A DNA stretch of 63,709 nucleotides, counting the filler, from a candidate division WOR-3 bacterium (lineage in GTDB: Bacteria > SDB-A), in assembly GCA_016934535.1 (NCBI GenBank). It is 5 parts of 5 records of this genome, joined end to end, with 100 filler letters (N's around TTAATTAATTAA, not from the genome) between each part and the next. Parts side by side here need not be neighbours in the genome. Positions count along the whole stretch, not along the records: positions 24,625 to 31,965 come from JAFGSQ010000065.1; positions 32,066 to 59,668 come from JAFGSQ010000066.1; 3 more parts are not named here. The stretch is one strand, 5' to 3'. Positions 27,108 through 37,040 of the stretch are shown here, one piece after another. The notes under the pieces were generated by a model. The model ran no database searches. It was not told where the DNA came from and was given only the letters and a program-made list of their open reading frames with translations. A program made the translations under genes and the position numbers. Within the stretch, counting starts at the first letter, position 1. Every line of letters begins with the position of its first letter.

Positions 27108-28523
27108 ATGAAAAGACTCAGACCAATCGTTTTTGCAATGCTTATTTTTATGGACATCCAGGCACTGTCGTTTGTTCACGGGCCGAGAATTTCTTCCGTA
27201 TTCAGGGATTCCGTTTTTATTACAGCCGAGACAGACGATTCATGTTTTCTTCAGGTGATGTATGGCGAGGATAGCGGGATTATGTCAGAGACCGCGTATT
27301 GCAGTTCTCCGGACACATTCCATTCCGTCGTTCTCAGGCATTTCAACGCGACGAGGTCCTGGAAATACTCCGTAAAAATCCAAAATGCTCAAGACACAGT
27401 CCAGACACCCGAAAGGGTGTTCAGAATGCCAGCCGCACCAGGCGAAAGTTTTACATTCGCAGTTTTGGGGGACGCCCACTGCACGGCGGGATCAGGAGGA
27501 ATACCACCGGAGTTTACGGCCAACATAGCCAATATCTGCGCCTACGACCCCGATTTCGTCCTTTTTTTAGGCGACGGAATTCACAACTCATACTATCAAT
27601 CCGAGGTCAGACAGCAGTGGGACAATTTTAAAATTGCCACCGACACGATTGCATTCAACAGGCCGGTATTCATGGTTATAGGCAATCATGACGTCAACAC
27701 CTGGTATCACAACTTCAACGGAGGAGACATTCTTGCCGACGAATTCGAAATGCCCCGTAATGCGCCCATGCCTGAATTTTATGATGAACTCGTCTACTTT
27801 TTCGGTTGGGGAGACGTCACTTTTTACATTCTCGATTCCGATTATTACGACAATCCGGAGATAATTGACGTAGTCCAGAGAAACTGGCTCGTTCAAAATA
27901 TTTCGACCGGCCAATCGCGCTTTAAAATCACCGCCCATCACGAACACGCATGGTCAACAGCGGGCGACCTCTACGGTTTTTTGGGCGAGCATCCCGAAGA
28001 ACGAGACGCTTACTGGAAAGTTTTGAGAGACAACGGAGTCATACTCGACATGGCCGGTCACATACATCTTTATAACCGTGACTTTTTCGGCAGACCTCTT
28101 CCGGACACGATAACCTGCGTTAATCAGCTCATTTCAGGAGGCGCGGGGGGAAGTATCGTGGGAGGATATGGCGGAGATTACCACCATTTCTGCCTTATCG
28201 AAGTAAACGGCAATACGCTGAGTATCACGGCCATAGACAACACTGGCGCTATCAGGGACAATTTTTCTCTGACAGATGTCGAAGAGACTGCTGAACCGGT
28301 TTTCGACCGCTGTCCTGTAGAGTACATGAGTAACGGTTTCAGGTATTACGCCGAGATTCCCGGAGTACTTCGCGTCTTTGACCAAACCGGCAGAGTGCTT
28401 TTTGAAAAAAGAGTTCAACCGGATCAACAAGCCGAGTTTTTGACGGACATATCCGGAGTATATTTTTTAATGTTTGACTCTGGCGAAGAAGTTTACTCAA
28501 ATAAATTCACTGTGATGAGGTAA
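27108..28523 (+). CDS. Secreted calcineurin-like metallophosphoesterase (purple acid phosphatase-like) with C-terminal sorting-type domain
   Basis: GDAH, LGDG, GNHD, HHEH, GHIH motifs; TDVEE linker then VFDQTGR...SGVYFL. Confidence 0.85.
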   Translation: MKRLRPIVFAMLIFMDIQALSFVHGPRISSVFRDSVFITAETDDSCFLQVMYGEDSGIMSETAYCSSPDTFHSVVLRHFNATRSWKYSVKIQNAQDTVQTPERVFRMPAAPGESFTFAVLGDAHCTAGSGGIPPEFTANIANICAYDPDFVLFLGDGIHNSYYQSEVRQQWDNFKIATDTIAFNRPVFMVIGNHDVNTWYHNFNGGDILADEFEMPRNAPMPEFYDELVYFFGWGDVTFYILDSDYYDNPEIIDVVQRNWLVQNISTGQSRFKITAHHEHAWSTAGDLYGFLGEHPEERDAYWKVLRDNGVILDMAGHIHLYNRDFFGRPLPDTITCVNQLISGGAGGSIVGGYGGDYHHFCLIEVNGNTLSITAIDNTGAIRDNFSLTDVEETAEPVFDRCPVEYMSNGFRYYAEIPGVLRVFDQTGRVLFEKRVQPDQQAEFLTDISGVYFLMFDSGEEVYSNKFTVMR

Positions 28524-28527
28524 TTTA

Positions 28528-30048
28528 ATGCTTTTTTCTTTTTTGACTCTGAAAATCGCCGCCACTTTTATCGGATGGTTCGTCCTGGAACTTCTGATGG
28601 CTAAAACTTTCAAGCACAGGTTTCTCTTAAAGAACAAGTTTTTTATTCACGCGCTCGTTTTTTTTCTTTTTCTATGGTTGCTCAGTCTTGTACTTTCGGA
28701 CCTGATATTTCCAGCCAGAATCGGCATAATTCTGGGCAATCTTTTCTCAGGAGCCGTACTTGTAATCGGCTCATATCTTTTGGCGGACCTTGCGGATTTC
28801 TTTTTGTCGGGACAGACTCACTACAAAGGACAATCCGCCAGAATAATTCCCGGCGTCCTCAGGAACATAATAAAATTCGTCCTGGTGGTCATTTTCGTAT
28901 TACTTATACTTCATTTCCACTTCAAGATGGAACTGAAGGGTATTTCAGTTACGTCCGCGGTCCTGGCCGGTGTCCTCGGTTTTGCACTTCAGGAAACTCT
29001 CGGAAATCTTCTTTCCGGTATAGCCTTGAACATGGAATCGCCGTTCAAGCACGGAGACTGGATAAAAGTCGGTGAAGAAGAGGGATGGGTCATTGATATC
29101 ACATGGAGATCGACTACCATACACACAAGGCAGGACGACCTGATAACAATACCGAATTCGAAAGTGAGTTCTGAAAAAATAATCAATTTCTCGAGACCTC
29201 AGAGAAACAAGGCTGTCGAGATCAATGTCGGAGTGTCGTACGAAAATTCACCCGAAAAAGTAAAAAATATAATCATTCAGTGCGCCCTCGAATCCAAGCT
29301 CGCTAAAAAAGAGCCCCGGCCTCTGTGCTGGCTGACAAATTACGGGGATTCTTCTATAAATTACAAGCTTAAGTTCTGGATAAAAGATTACGCAGAGATA
29401 CATCAGGCCCAGGACGAGGTCATGACTAAAATCTGGTATTCATTCAAGAGGAACAGCATTGATATACCTTTCCCGATAAGACAGATAAAGAATTACGAGT
29501 CCCATGCCGCTTCGGTCGAAATAAGGATACAGGAAACAGTCGAAACTCTCAAAAGAATAGCTATTTTCGAGCCGCTGGAATCGGAGGACATAATGCTTCT
29601 GGCGAAGAATTCTCCGAGAGTGTCCTACGGCCAGGGAGACATAATCATAAGGCAGGAAGACGAAGGCGATTCAATGTTCATAATCACCAAAGGCGAGGTG
29701 GTTGTTGAGAAGAAAGGGGAGGACGGATCTCATAAATTCGTCGCTAAACTCGGACCTCTCGACTTTGTAGGGGAGATGTCACTCTTGACCGGCGAAAGGA
29801 GGAGCGCGACCGTAAAGGCGTTCACTGAAGTCGAGGTGATCCTTATAAATAAAAACGCTTTCAAACAGATACTTGTCGCGAATCCCAAGATAGCTTTTTC
29901 TCTAAGTGAAAAACTTCTGGGAAGAAAAAAAGAACTTGAAAGGCTCGGCGATCCGAAGTATTCTGAGCTCGACAGCGTTCATGACGAAAAAGAAAAAACT
30001 TCGATTCTCATGAAAATTCAGGGATTTTTCGGTATAACCAGGAAGTGA
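28528..30048 (+). CDS. MscS family mechanosensitive channel with C-terminal cyclic-nucleotide-binding domain
   Basis: GFALQETLGNLLSG, PFKHGDWI, IDIPFP; then GDSMFII...FVGEMSLLTGERRSATV. Confidence 0.9.
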   Translation: MLFSFLTLKIAATFIGWFVLELLMAKTFKHRFLLKNKFFIHALVFFLFLWLLSLVLSDLIFPARIGIILGNLFSGAVLVIGSYLLADLADFFLSGQTHYKGQSARIIPGVLRNIIKFVLVVIFVLLILHFHFKMELKGISVTSAVLAGVLGFALQETLGNLLSGIALNMESPFKHGDWIKVGEEEGWVIDITWRSTTIHTRQDDLITIPNSKVSSEKIINFSRPQRNKAVEINVGVSYENSPEKVKNIIIQCALESKLAKKEPRPLCWLTNYGDSSINYKLKFWIKDYAEIHQAQDEVMTKIWYSFKRNSIDIPFPIRQIKNYESHAASVEIRIQETVETLKRIAIFEPLESEDIMLLAKNSPRVSYGQGDIIIRQEDEGDSMFIITKGEVVVEKKGEDGSHKFVAKLGPLDFVGEMSLLTGERRSATVKAFTEVEVILINKNAFKQILVANPKIAFSLSEKLLGRKKELERLGDPKYSELDSVHDEKEKTSILMKIQGFFGITRK

Positions 30049-30052
30049 AGGT

Positions 30053-30817
30053 ATGTTGTTCAGAAAAAGCAGAAAATCAAAGGAAAATTTCAGTTCGACC
30101 AGGGAATGGATAGAATCAATAGCAGTGGCGGTATATTTCGTTTTGATAGTCAGGCTGGTTTTGATACAGTCTTTCAGAATTCCGACTCCGAGCATGGTAA
30201 ATACGCTTCTGGTAGGCGATTTTCTTTTCGTCGAAAGACTCTCCCTCGGCCCCAGGATTGCTTATCACAGAGGAAATGAAGAGCTCTGGAATCTTCATCT
30301 GTTCAAGTTCGCCGATCCCAAAAGGGGAGACATAATCGCTTTCAGGTATCCGATAGACGGCAGGGATTTTGTGAAAAGGTGTATAGGATTGCCCGGCGAC
30401 ACGGTGAGGATAATTGATAAAAAAGTGTACATTAACGGAAAAAGCCTCGAAGAAGACTACACAGTGTTTTCAGACGACAGAATTTTTCCCTCCCTTTTTC
30501 AGACACAGCTTGGCGCATCTTTGACCATCGAAGAATACCAGAAACTTTGGGAAGAAAGAAAATTTCACGAAGGGGCTATTTTCCCTTACATAAGAGACAA
30601 TTTCGGACCGATCGTCGTTCCCCGGGGACAATACCTGATGTTGGGCGACAACAGGGACAATTCGGACGACTCGAGAGCGTGGGGTCCGGTCCCGGCAAAA
30701 GAACTCAGGGGCAAACCCCTGATATTGTATTTCTCTTTCAACATGAAGGAAAACGAAAAAGTGATCGCGCCGTGGAAATGGGTGAAATGGACACGAATAG
30801 GAAGATTGTTAATCTAA
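30053..30817 (+). CDS. lepB: Signal peptidase I
   Basis: IPTPSMVNTL, FVKRCIGLPGD, GDNRDNSDDSR. Confidence 0.95.
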   Translation: MLFRKSRKSKENFSSTREWIESIAVAVYFVLIVRLVLIQSFRIPTPSMVNTLLVGDFLFVERLSLGPRIAYHRGNEELWNLHLFKFADPKRGDIIAFRYPIDGRDFVKRCIGLPGDTVRIIDKKVYINGKSLEEDYTVFSDDRIFPSLFQTQLGASLTIEEYQKLWEERKFHEGAIFPYIRDNFGPIVVPRGQYLMLGDNRDNSDDSRAWGPVPAKELRGKPLILYFSFNMKENEKVIAPWKWVKWTRIGRLLI

Positions 30818-30851
30818 ACCTTTTTTGACAGTAAAAAAAAATGTTTGGGAA

Positions 30852-30880
30852 TTGACAAATAAAGAATTCAATTATATTCT
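30852..30880 (+). promoter_or_regulatory. tRNA promoter
   Basis: TTGACA-17-TATTCT. Confidence 0.65.
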
Positions 30881-30896
30881 TTTCAAATTCGAACAC

Positions 30897-30970
30897 TGGG
30901 GTGTCGTCCAATGGCAGGACTCGTGACTCTGGATCACGCTATTGGGGTTCAAATCCCTGCACCCCAGCCA
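30897..30970 (+). tRNA. tRNA-Gln(CTG)
   Basis: TGGGGTG/CACCCCA acceptor stem; CGTGA-CTCTGGA-TCACG anticodon arm; encoded CCA. Confidence 0.96.
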
Positions 30971-30981
30971 GATAATTCCTG

Positions 30982-31824
30982 ATGAACAGCCAGAATTTAT
31001 CCGACGGAAAATTTTTCGATCTTGAAAAATATTTTTTTGATTTCAAAGGCGCGTACGCTATCACTGAAACAATTCAGCTCGATCTGGAAAAAGCGGGCGT
31101 TTTGGTCGAAAAAATTTCTGAAAATTTGTCCATTAATCCCGAATCAAGAAAAATCGACGATGAAAACGGGTACGTCGTGATAGACAGAAACGAGAGCACG
31201 AATGAATATTTTCTCACGGTCACTTTTTTATCTGAATTGACTGACGAGAAACCGGTATCCAATTGTTCAAAACTCATTATAACGAGAAAATCTTCCGACG
31301 ATGACCGTTCCTTTTTGTCTCACGAAGGATTTGTGCCGTTTACTGAAATGTTTGCATGTTTCTTCAACGTGTGGAGCGTTGAAAAAATAAACATATTTCC
31401 GTACGAACCGGAAAAGATTTTTTTTGACTACGATTTTGAAACTTTTGATTTTCTACTCGTCAAATATATCGCGCCTGTCAAAATATCTGACATGCAGAAA
31501 TACTATTTCAAGAACGATTACGTGTTGTTGTCAGGAGAATACGGCGAAAAGGGAGAAGTGTTTTGGGGAAAAAACGATCCTGACCTTTTCGCCAGGAAAT
31601 TTTTGAACGGCGAGTCAAAACGGAAAATTAAACTTTCTGAATTGTCCGAAGAACTTAAAATCGACAAAGATTTTCTGATTTCGGCTATTGTATCCCGGAC
31701 AGGCGCTTCAACAAAAATCGAAACCGGGGAAAAAATATATTTTGGTTCAGAGGCTGTTATCGTCTTGTCGGGAGAGGAGATAACCGTCTATTCTCCTTCG
31801 TACTTTTTAAACGACGACGATTGA
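30982..31824 (+). CDS. Hypothetical protein
   Basis: 280-aa ORF filling the space between two tRNAs; no recognised motif. Confidence 0.6.
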   Translation: MNSQNLSDGKFFDLEKYFFDFKGAYAITETIQLDLEKAGVLVEKISENLSINPESRKIDDENGYVVIDRNESTNEYFLTVTFLSELTDEKPVSNCSKLIITRKSSDDDRSFLSHEGFVPFTEMFACFFNVWSVEKINIFPYEPEKIFFDYDFETFDFLLVKYIAPVKISDMQKYYFKNDYVLLSGEYGEKGEVFWGKNDPDLFARKFLNGESKRKIKLSELSEELKIDKDFLISAIVSRTGASTKIETGEKIYFGSEAVIVLSGEEITVYSPSYFLNDDD

Positions 31825-31848
31825 CCGGAACATTTTTTCTTATTTTAA

Positions 31849-31876
31849 TTGACATCGCTGAAAAATCAAATATAAT
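31849..31876 (+). promoter_or_regulatory. tRNA promoter
   Basis: TTGACA-16-TATAAT. Confidence 0.7.
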
Positions 31877-31895
31877 CTTTGTAATAATTTTGCGT

Positions 31896-31965
31896 CGCGG
31901 GATGGAGCAGTGGTAGCTCGCTGGGCTCATAACCCAGAGGCCGAGGGTTCAAATCCCTCTCCCGC
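31896..31965 (+). tRNA. Initiator tRNA-fMet(CAT), 3' end cut by contig end
   Basis: Starts CGCGGGA; anticodon arm CTGGG-CTCATAA-CCCAG with three consecutive G-C pairs. Confidence 0.93.
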
Positions 31966-32065
31966 NNNNNNNNNNNNNNNNNNNNNNNNNNNNNNNNNNN
32001 NNNNNNNNNTTAATTAATTAANNNNNNNNNNNNNNNNNNNNNNNNNNNNNNNNNNNNNNNNNNNN
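31966..32065. other. Artificial contig linker
   Basis: N-run with TTAATTAATTAA. Confidence 0.99.
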
Positions 32066-32150
32066 AATCCCGACAATCCCCTAAATGCCAGAGACCCTTG
32101 TGGACAAATGAATCTCTTCAATTTATAATGATTTTATTAGGACACTAGTG
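32066..32150 (+). mobile_element. Insertion sequence right end, copy 3
   Basis: Identical to copies 1 and 2 apart from the missing first base. Confidence 0.75.
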
Positions 32151-32159
32151 ACCTGAAAT

Positions 32160-35100
32160 ATGAACACATTCGTACCTGAAATTATACTCGACGGTTATAC
32201 GTTTGGTAAAAAACGCGGTTCTTTCAACGGAGCCGTTATGTCGGTTGACATCAAAGGTTTTACCGAGATGACGAGCGAACTTATTAAACACGGTAAAGAA
32301 GGAACTGAAGTGATTTCTGAAATGACGACCGGTTTGTTCGACAAATCTCTCGATTTGATATACGAATCAGAAGGTTTTGTTTCATCTTTCGCAGGAGATT
32401 CTTTCACGGCGGTTTTTAATGAACAGGGATCCGGAAAACACAGCTGTGCCTCAATATGCCTTGCCGTTGCGATAAAATTGAAAGACGAATTGAAAAAAAT
32501 AAGTATAGTCGAAACTGAATTCGGTACGTTCAATTTTTCTGTGAGAATAGGATTGGGTCAAGGTAAAGTATTCTGGAAAATAATTGAACATGAAAACGAA
32601 AAAATTTTTTACTTCCGGGGAAAAGCGATAGAAAAAGCCGTCGCGGCCCAGAAATCGGCCGAACCGGGTTCAATTTGCGCCGAAAGAGGCATGCAAGAAT
32701 TTTCCGGTTGCGAAGGCACCGGATTTAACGATACGAAGAACTGTAATCTCATGGCATTGCATGACAAAATTGACAGAAAGTTTGAAGCAGATCAGCATCC
32801 GAAAAATTCGTGGCCGGAAAAGTTAATAAAGAGTTTTACGGGAGAACATGAGTTCGGATTTATGATTCCGGAATTCAGAGAAGTAATTTCGGTTTTCATC
32901 TCCTGTAAAAAAAGCAAAACCATTGACGCTCTTACTTCTAAAATCCTTTCAATGAAGAAAGAATACGGATTTTCTCACCCGCACGTGGATTTCTTGAATT
33001 CTGATCCGTCTGTCGTAATCTTTTTCGGCGCTCCGGTCTCTTATGAACGAAATGACTCAAAGGCAATGAGTTTTTTACTGGCTTTAGCTGACTGGGCAAA
33101 GGGAAAAATCAGGATCAAATGCGGGGCTTCAAAAGGAACCTGCTACTGCGGATTCAACGGTGGTTCTGAGAGAAAAGAATTCATGTGCCTGGGCGATACG
33201 ACAAATCTCGCGGCGAGGATGCTCAACCGCGCCTGTTGGGATCAGATTTTGGTCGATGAAAACCTTTCAAAAGTGAAAGGATTCGTTTTTTCGTTTTTGG
33301 GAGAGTATAGATTCAAAGGAAAGGCAGAAGATATAAATACCTATGTCTTAAATGCAGTCTCCGAAAGGCAAGCCGTGACATTTTCCGGATCAATCGTAGG
33401 CAGAGAAAAAGAGAAGAAAAAACTGATCGATTTCCTGCTTAAACTTAAAGAAAAAGAAAACGCCGGCGTCGCTGTTGTTGAAGGCGAACCTGGCGTGGGA
33501 AAAACCCGACTGGTGTCGGAAATAAAAAAAAGCGCTCAAAAGAAAATGAATTTTGTAAACGAAATATCATGGATTTACATGCCTTGCGACGAGGTGTTAA
33601 GAAAAAGCTACGGACCGGTTCAGCGCATGATTAAAGATTTGATCGAATACGAAGAGAACGGAGATCTGAAGCAGGTTAAAGCAGGATTTGAAAAAAAATT
33701 CAGAGAATTTCTTGAAAAAATTCCTGAAACAGAAATTAAAAATGAAATAGAAAGCAGAAAACATATTTTCGCGTCATTTTGCGGAATTAGCGTCAGAAAC
33801 ACATATTTTGAAGCGCTTCCTGAGAAAAGCAGGTTTGAAGCTACCGTGGTGGCAATTAAGAGTATCATCAAAGGCGCTTCGCTGATAAAACCCCTCGTAC
33901 TCGAAATTGATGACAGTCAGTGGATCGATGAAGACATGCTTATTTTGCTGAGGAGATTGTTTGTCAATGTCGAAAAATATCCGTTTGCAGTAATCACAGA
34001 AAAAAGACTGTCTGACAAAAGCAGCGCTCTTGATACAGTCCCCAAAGAATATGTGAGATTACGTTTACAAATCCGGAATTTCAGTTTACCTGAAATTACA
34101 CTTCTTTCAAAATCTGTCGTCCCTGGACTGGAAATCGGGAGCGCTTTCCTCGATTTTATAGAAAGATTTAGCGGGGGAAATCCTTTTTTCATTGAGCAAA
34201 TAATACATTACATGGCTGAAAGAGGTGTCGACGCCGGGAATTTTGACGAGACAAGACTTGAATTTGAAATACCCTCAGACGTTAACAATCTGATAGTTTC
34301 GAGAATCGACAGACTGACTCCGGAACTTAAAACTGTTGTAAAAGCCGCAACAATACTCGGTACGGAGTTTTCATCGGACGTTCTCACCGAAATGCTCGGG
34401 GGTTATGACATCGATTCCCACCTTTTTGAAGGTGAGAATCAGTTTTTGTGGACGAAATATTCGGGAAGTAAATACAATTTCAGGCATGCGATGATAAGAG
34501 AAACTGTCTACGGGATACAATTAAAAAAGGACCTGAGAAGACTTCATTCGACTGCGGGCAGGGCGATTGAAAAAATAAACAAAATGTCCCTGAAAAATGT
34601 TTACGCTGAACTCGCGTATCATTTTGAAAAAGCTTCGGATGAAACAAATTCAATCAAGTATCTGAAATTAGCCGCTGAACAGGCAAAGCGGAATTACAGA
34701 AATGAAGAGGCGGCTTATTATTTCCGCCGACTCATAGAGATTACTGAGAAAAAGATTTACAAGGCAGAAAACAAGACTGAGCTGATAAGAGACAAGACTC
34801 TCTATTTGAAAAACAAAGCTTACGTAAAATGGCAGTCCGGAAAATGGCGGGAAGGTATTACACTGATTCTCAAGGCGTTAGAATCGGCGATTATTCTGCC
34901 GGATAAAAAACTGAAGGTAATGGTCATGATAGATGTTGGAACTTATTACCAGAATATTGGCGAGACGACTAGAGCCGGAAAGTATCTTAAAGAAGCAAGA
35001 CGCTTGAGCAGAAAAGAAAGTTCCTCTGAAATACGAGCTTTGAGCGATTATTCGCTGGGTGAATTTTATATGGACAGGGGGAATTATTCTGAAGCGCTTT

Positions 35101-36179
35101 CACTTTTAACTTCTGCTTTGAATTATTACAAAAAAAACAAAAAAGAAGCGGAAACCGGAAAAGTTTCAGGAAGCATAGGACTTCTGCATTATTACAAGGG
35201 AGAATATGAAAAAGCAAAAAAATATATTTCTGCCCATATAAATATTGCGAGAAAACAGAAAAACCTCTATCAGGAGATGAGAGGACTTGGAAACATCGGA
35301 ATTATGTACGACGATCTGGGTGATTACCGGAGTGCCAGGAAGATATTTTTGAAAATAATGAGACTGTCGAAAAAAACCGGATACAGACACGCAGAGGCTA
35401 GAACTTTAGGAAACCTGGCCGGTGTTTATTTGGCAATGAACAAATACGAAAAGGCACTGGATTATTTCCGGGAGCAGATAAAGATATCGATCGAGATGGG
35501 AGACGACCTGGGGGCAAAGTTTCCCCTCATCAACGTCGCTTCAGTATTCGTCTCCCTTGGAAGATACGAAGAGGCTGAAAGAGCACTGAACGAATTTGCC
35601 CAATATTCATTAAAATCAACCGACAGGAGAAGTCATGCGGTCAGTCTCGGCATATACGCAAAAATAGAATGGAGGAAGAAGAATTTCAAAAAAGCACTCA
35701 GACTGTTTACACAAGCCATTGATAAACTGGAGAAGATGAAAGTCAAATACTATTCATGTTTTTTCAGGATCGAAAAAGCTTTCCTTCTTCTTGACAACGG
35801 AATGCACACTAAAGCTTTAAAAACACTCGGAAAAGCGGGCCTTGAAGCTGAAAAGCTGAAAATTTCGAATTTAATTCCGTTGGCCGATATAACCAAATGT
35901 GCGTGCAATTTTTCACTGACAAAAAATGAAAAAAATAAAATTCTTTGTTTCAGAAAACTCGTTGACCTGGCCGAGAATTCCAGCGATCAAAGTGTCAGCG
36001 CCAAGGCTTATTATTATTTGTGGTCTCTGACGAAAGAAGATTGCGGTTTTTCATCGCCTGTTTCACCAGACGAATTCAGGAACAAAGCTTTAAGGATATT
36101 CGAATCAGTTTATAAGAAAACAGGCAACGACGAATGCAGATTGTATGCAGAAAGAATAAAAAGTTGTTGTAAGGAGTAA
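32160..36179 (+). CDS. Class III nucleotide cyclase (two domains) + STAND/AAA ATPase + TPR protein
   Basis: VDIKGFT...FAGDS; second domain GDTTNLAARML, FKGK; Walker A GEPGVGKT; IDDSQWID; SGGNPFF; RIDRL; C-terminal TPRs. Confidence 0.88.
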   Translation: MNTFVPEIILDGYTFGKKRGSFNGAVMSVDIKGFTEMTSELIKHGKEGTEVISEMTTGLFDKSLDLIYESEGFVSSFAGDSFTAVFNEQGSGKHSCASICLAVAIKLKDELKKISIVETEFGTFNFSVRIGLGQGKVFWKIIEHENEKIFYFRGKAIEKAVAAQKSAEPGSICAERGMQEFSGCEGTGFNDTKNCNLMALHDKIDRKFEADQHPKNSWPEKLIKSFTGEHEFGFMIPEFREVISVFISCKKSKTIDALTSKILSMKKEYGFSHPHVDFLNSDPSVVIFFGAPVSYERNDSKAMSFLLALADWAKGKIRIKCGASKGTCYCGFNGGSERKEFMCLGDTTNLAARMLNRACWDQILVDENLSKVKGFVFSFLGEYRFKGKAEDINTYVLNAVSERQAVTFSGSIVGREKEKKKLIDFLLKLKEKENAGVAVVEGEPGVGKTRLVSEIKKSAQKKMNFVNEISWIYMPCDEVLRKSYGPVQRMIKDLIEYEENGDLKQVKAGFEKKFREFLEKIPETEIKNEIESRKHIFASFCGISVRNTYFEALPEKSRFEATVVAIKSIIKGASLIKPLVLEIDDSQWIDEDMLILLRRLFVNVEKYPFAVITEKRLSDKSSALDTVPKEYVRLRLQIRNFSLPEITLLSKSVVPGLEIGSAFLDFIERFSGGNPFFIEQIIHYMAERGVDAGNFDETRLEFEIPSDVNNLIVSRIDRLTPELKTVVKAATILGTEFSSDVLTEMLGGYDIDSHLFEGENQFLWTKYSGSKYNFRHAMIRETVYGIQLKKDLRRLHSTAGRAIEKINKMSLKNVYAELAYHFEKASDETNSIKYLKLAAEQAKRNYRNEEAAYYFRRLIEITEKKIYKAENKTELIRDKTLYLKNKAYVKWQSGKWREGITLILKALESAIILPDKKLKVMVMIDVGTYYQNIGETTRAGKYLKEARRLSRKESSSEIRALSDYSLGEFYMDRGNYSEALSLLTSALNYYKKNKKEAETGKVSGSIGLLHYYKGEYEKAKKYISAHINIARKQKNLYQEMRGLGNIGIMYDDLGDYRSARKIFLKIMRLSKKTGYRHAEARTLGNLAGVYLAMNKYEKALDYFREQIKISIEMGDDLGAKFPLINVASVFVSLGRYEEAERALNEFAQYSLKSTDRRSHAVSLGIYAKIEWRKKNFKKALRLFTQAIDKLEKMKVKYYSCFFRIEKAFLLLDNGMHTKALKTLGKAGLEAEKLKISNLIPLADITKCACNFSLTKNEKNKILCFRKLVDLAENSSDQSVSAKAYYYLWSLTKEDCGFSSPVSPDEFRNKALRIFESVYKKTGNDECRLYAERIKSCCKE

Positions 36180-36180
36180 A

Positions 36181-36510
36181 ATGAAAACGATATTGGTTTA
36201 CATGACGGCGGAAAATATTGTTGAAGCCGAAAAGATATCAAAAGCGCTTGTCTCAAAAAGGCTCGCGGCATGCGCGAATATAATTGACGGAGTCAAGTCA
36301 TTTTATCATTGGAAAGGCAGAATCGAAAAATCGAAAGAAGCCGTTATTATAGCCAAGACGACTTCTGAACTGCTTGAACCTTTGACGTCTGAAGTCAAAA
36401 AGCTTCACAGTTACGAATGCCCGTGCGTAACCGCTTTTGAGATATCGGGGGGAAACGAAGATTATTTATCGTGGATAACCGAAAGCGTGAAAAAGCAGCG
36501 GGTTGGTTAA
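36181..36510 (+). CDS. cutA: Divalent-cation tolerance protein CutA
   Basis: RLAACANI, SFYHWKG, HSYECP, YLSWI. Confidence 0.93.
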   Translation: MKTILVYMTAENIVEAEKISKALVSKRLAACANIIDGVKSFYHWKGRIEKSKEAVIIAKTTSELLEPLTSEVKKLHSYECPCVTAFEISGGNEDYLSWITESVKKQRVG

Positions 36511-37040
36511 CCGCGAAAAATGTAATCGCCCCAAAGATCCGCGAAGACAATAGAAGGCATTTCAGAAACAGTCAGTTCGCAAAGCGCTTCGTTTCCAAGA
36601 TGACCGTGGGACAGTGTTGTCGCGTCTTTGACTGTTCTCGAAATCAGAGCGGAAAGTCCTCCCGGAAAACCGAGATAAACACAGCCCATGCGGAGCATTT
36701 CTGACAAAAATGCATCTGAAACCGCTCCTTTGCCGATGACGGCTTTAAGTCCGAAGGAAAGAAGAAGGGATAGATTGCTTTCCATTCTGTATGTTGAAGT
36801 AGGTCCGACTGCGAATTTATTGTTGCTTTTGTCTATCACCGAAACCGAACTGAGAAACAAACATGAACCGGGAATTTGAAATGGCAGGTTTTCGTTTGCT
36901 TTAATCCGCGGAATTATTTCCGATAAAGTAGAGTCTCTGGCGGCGATTACATTTCCGTATATTAATACCCGATCGGCGCATTTCAGCTCCTTCAGAGATT
37001 CTTCGTTTTTGACCGGAAAATCGAGACTGCGAACGGTCAT
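36507..37040 (-). CDS. Class I fumarate hydratase/tartrate dehydratase beta subunit
   Basis: AARD, GPTSTYRME, IGKG, GG.SA, GNEA; start overlaps the alpha-subunit stop. Confidence 0.85.
   Translation of the reverse strand: MTVRSLDFPVKNEESLKELKCADRVLIYGNVIAARDSTLSEIIPRIKANENLPFQIPGSCLFLSSVSVIDKSNNKFAVGPTSTYRMESNLSLLLSFGLKAVIGKGAVSDAFLSEMLRMGCVYLGFPGGLSALISRTVKDATTLSHGHLGNEALCELTVSEMPSIVFADLWGDYIFRG

Noticed and set aside
7597-32150. 86-bp repeat as a CRISPR repeat/leader or ncRNA
   Set aside because: Not arrayed, no spacers, always at contig starts, and better explained as an ORF end plus terminal IR
28528-36179. cNMP-gated channel plus cyclase as one locus (Pycsar/CBASS-like defence system)
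   Set aside because: They are on different contigs separated by a linker, and the channel sits among housekeeping genes
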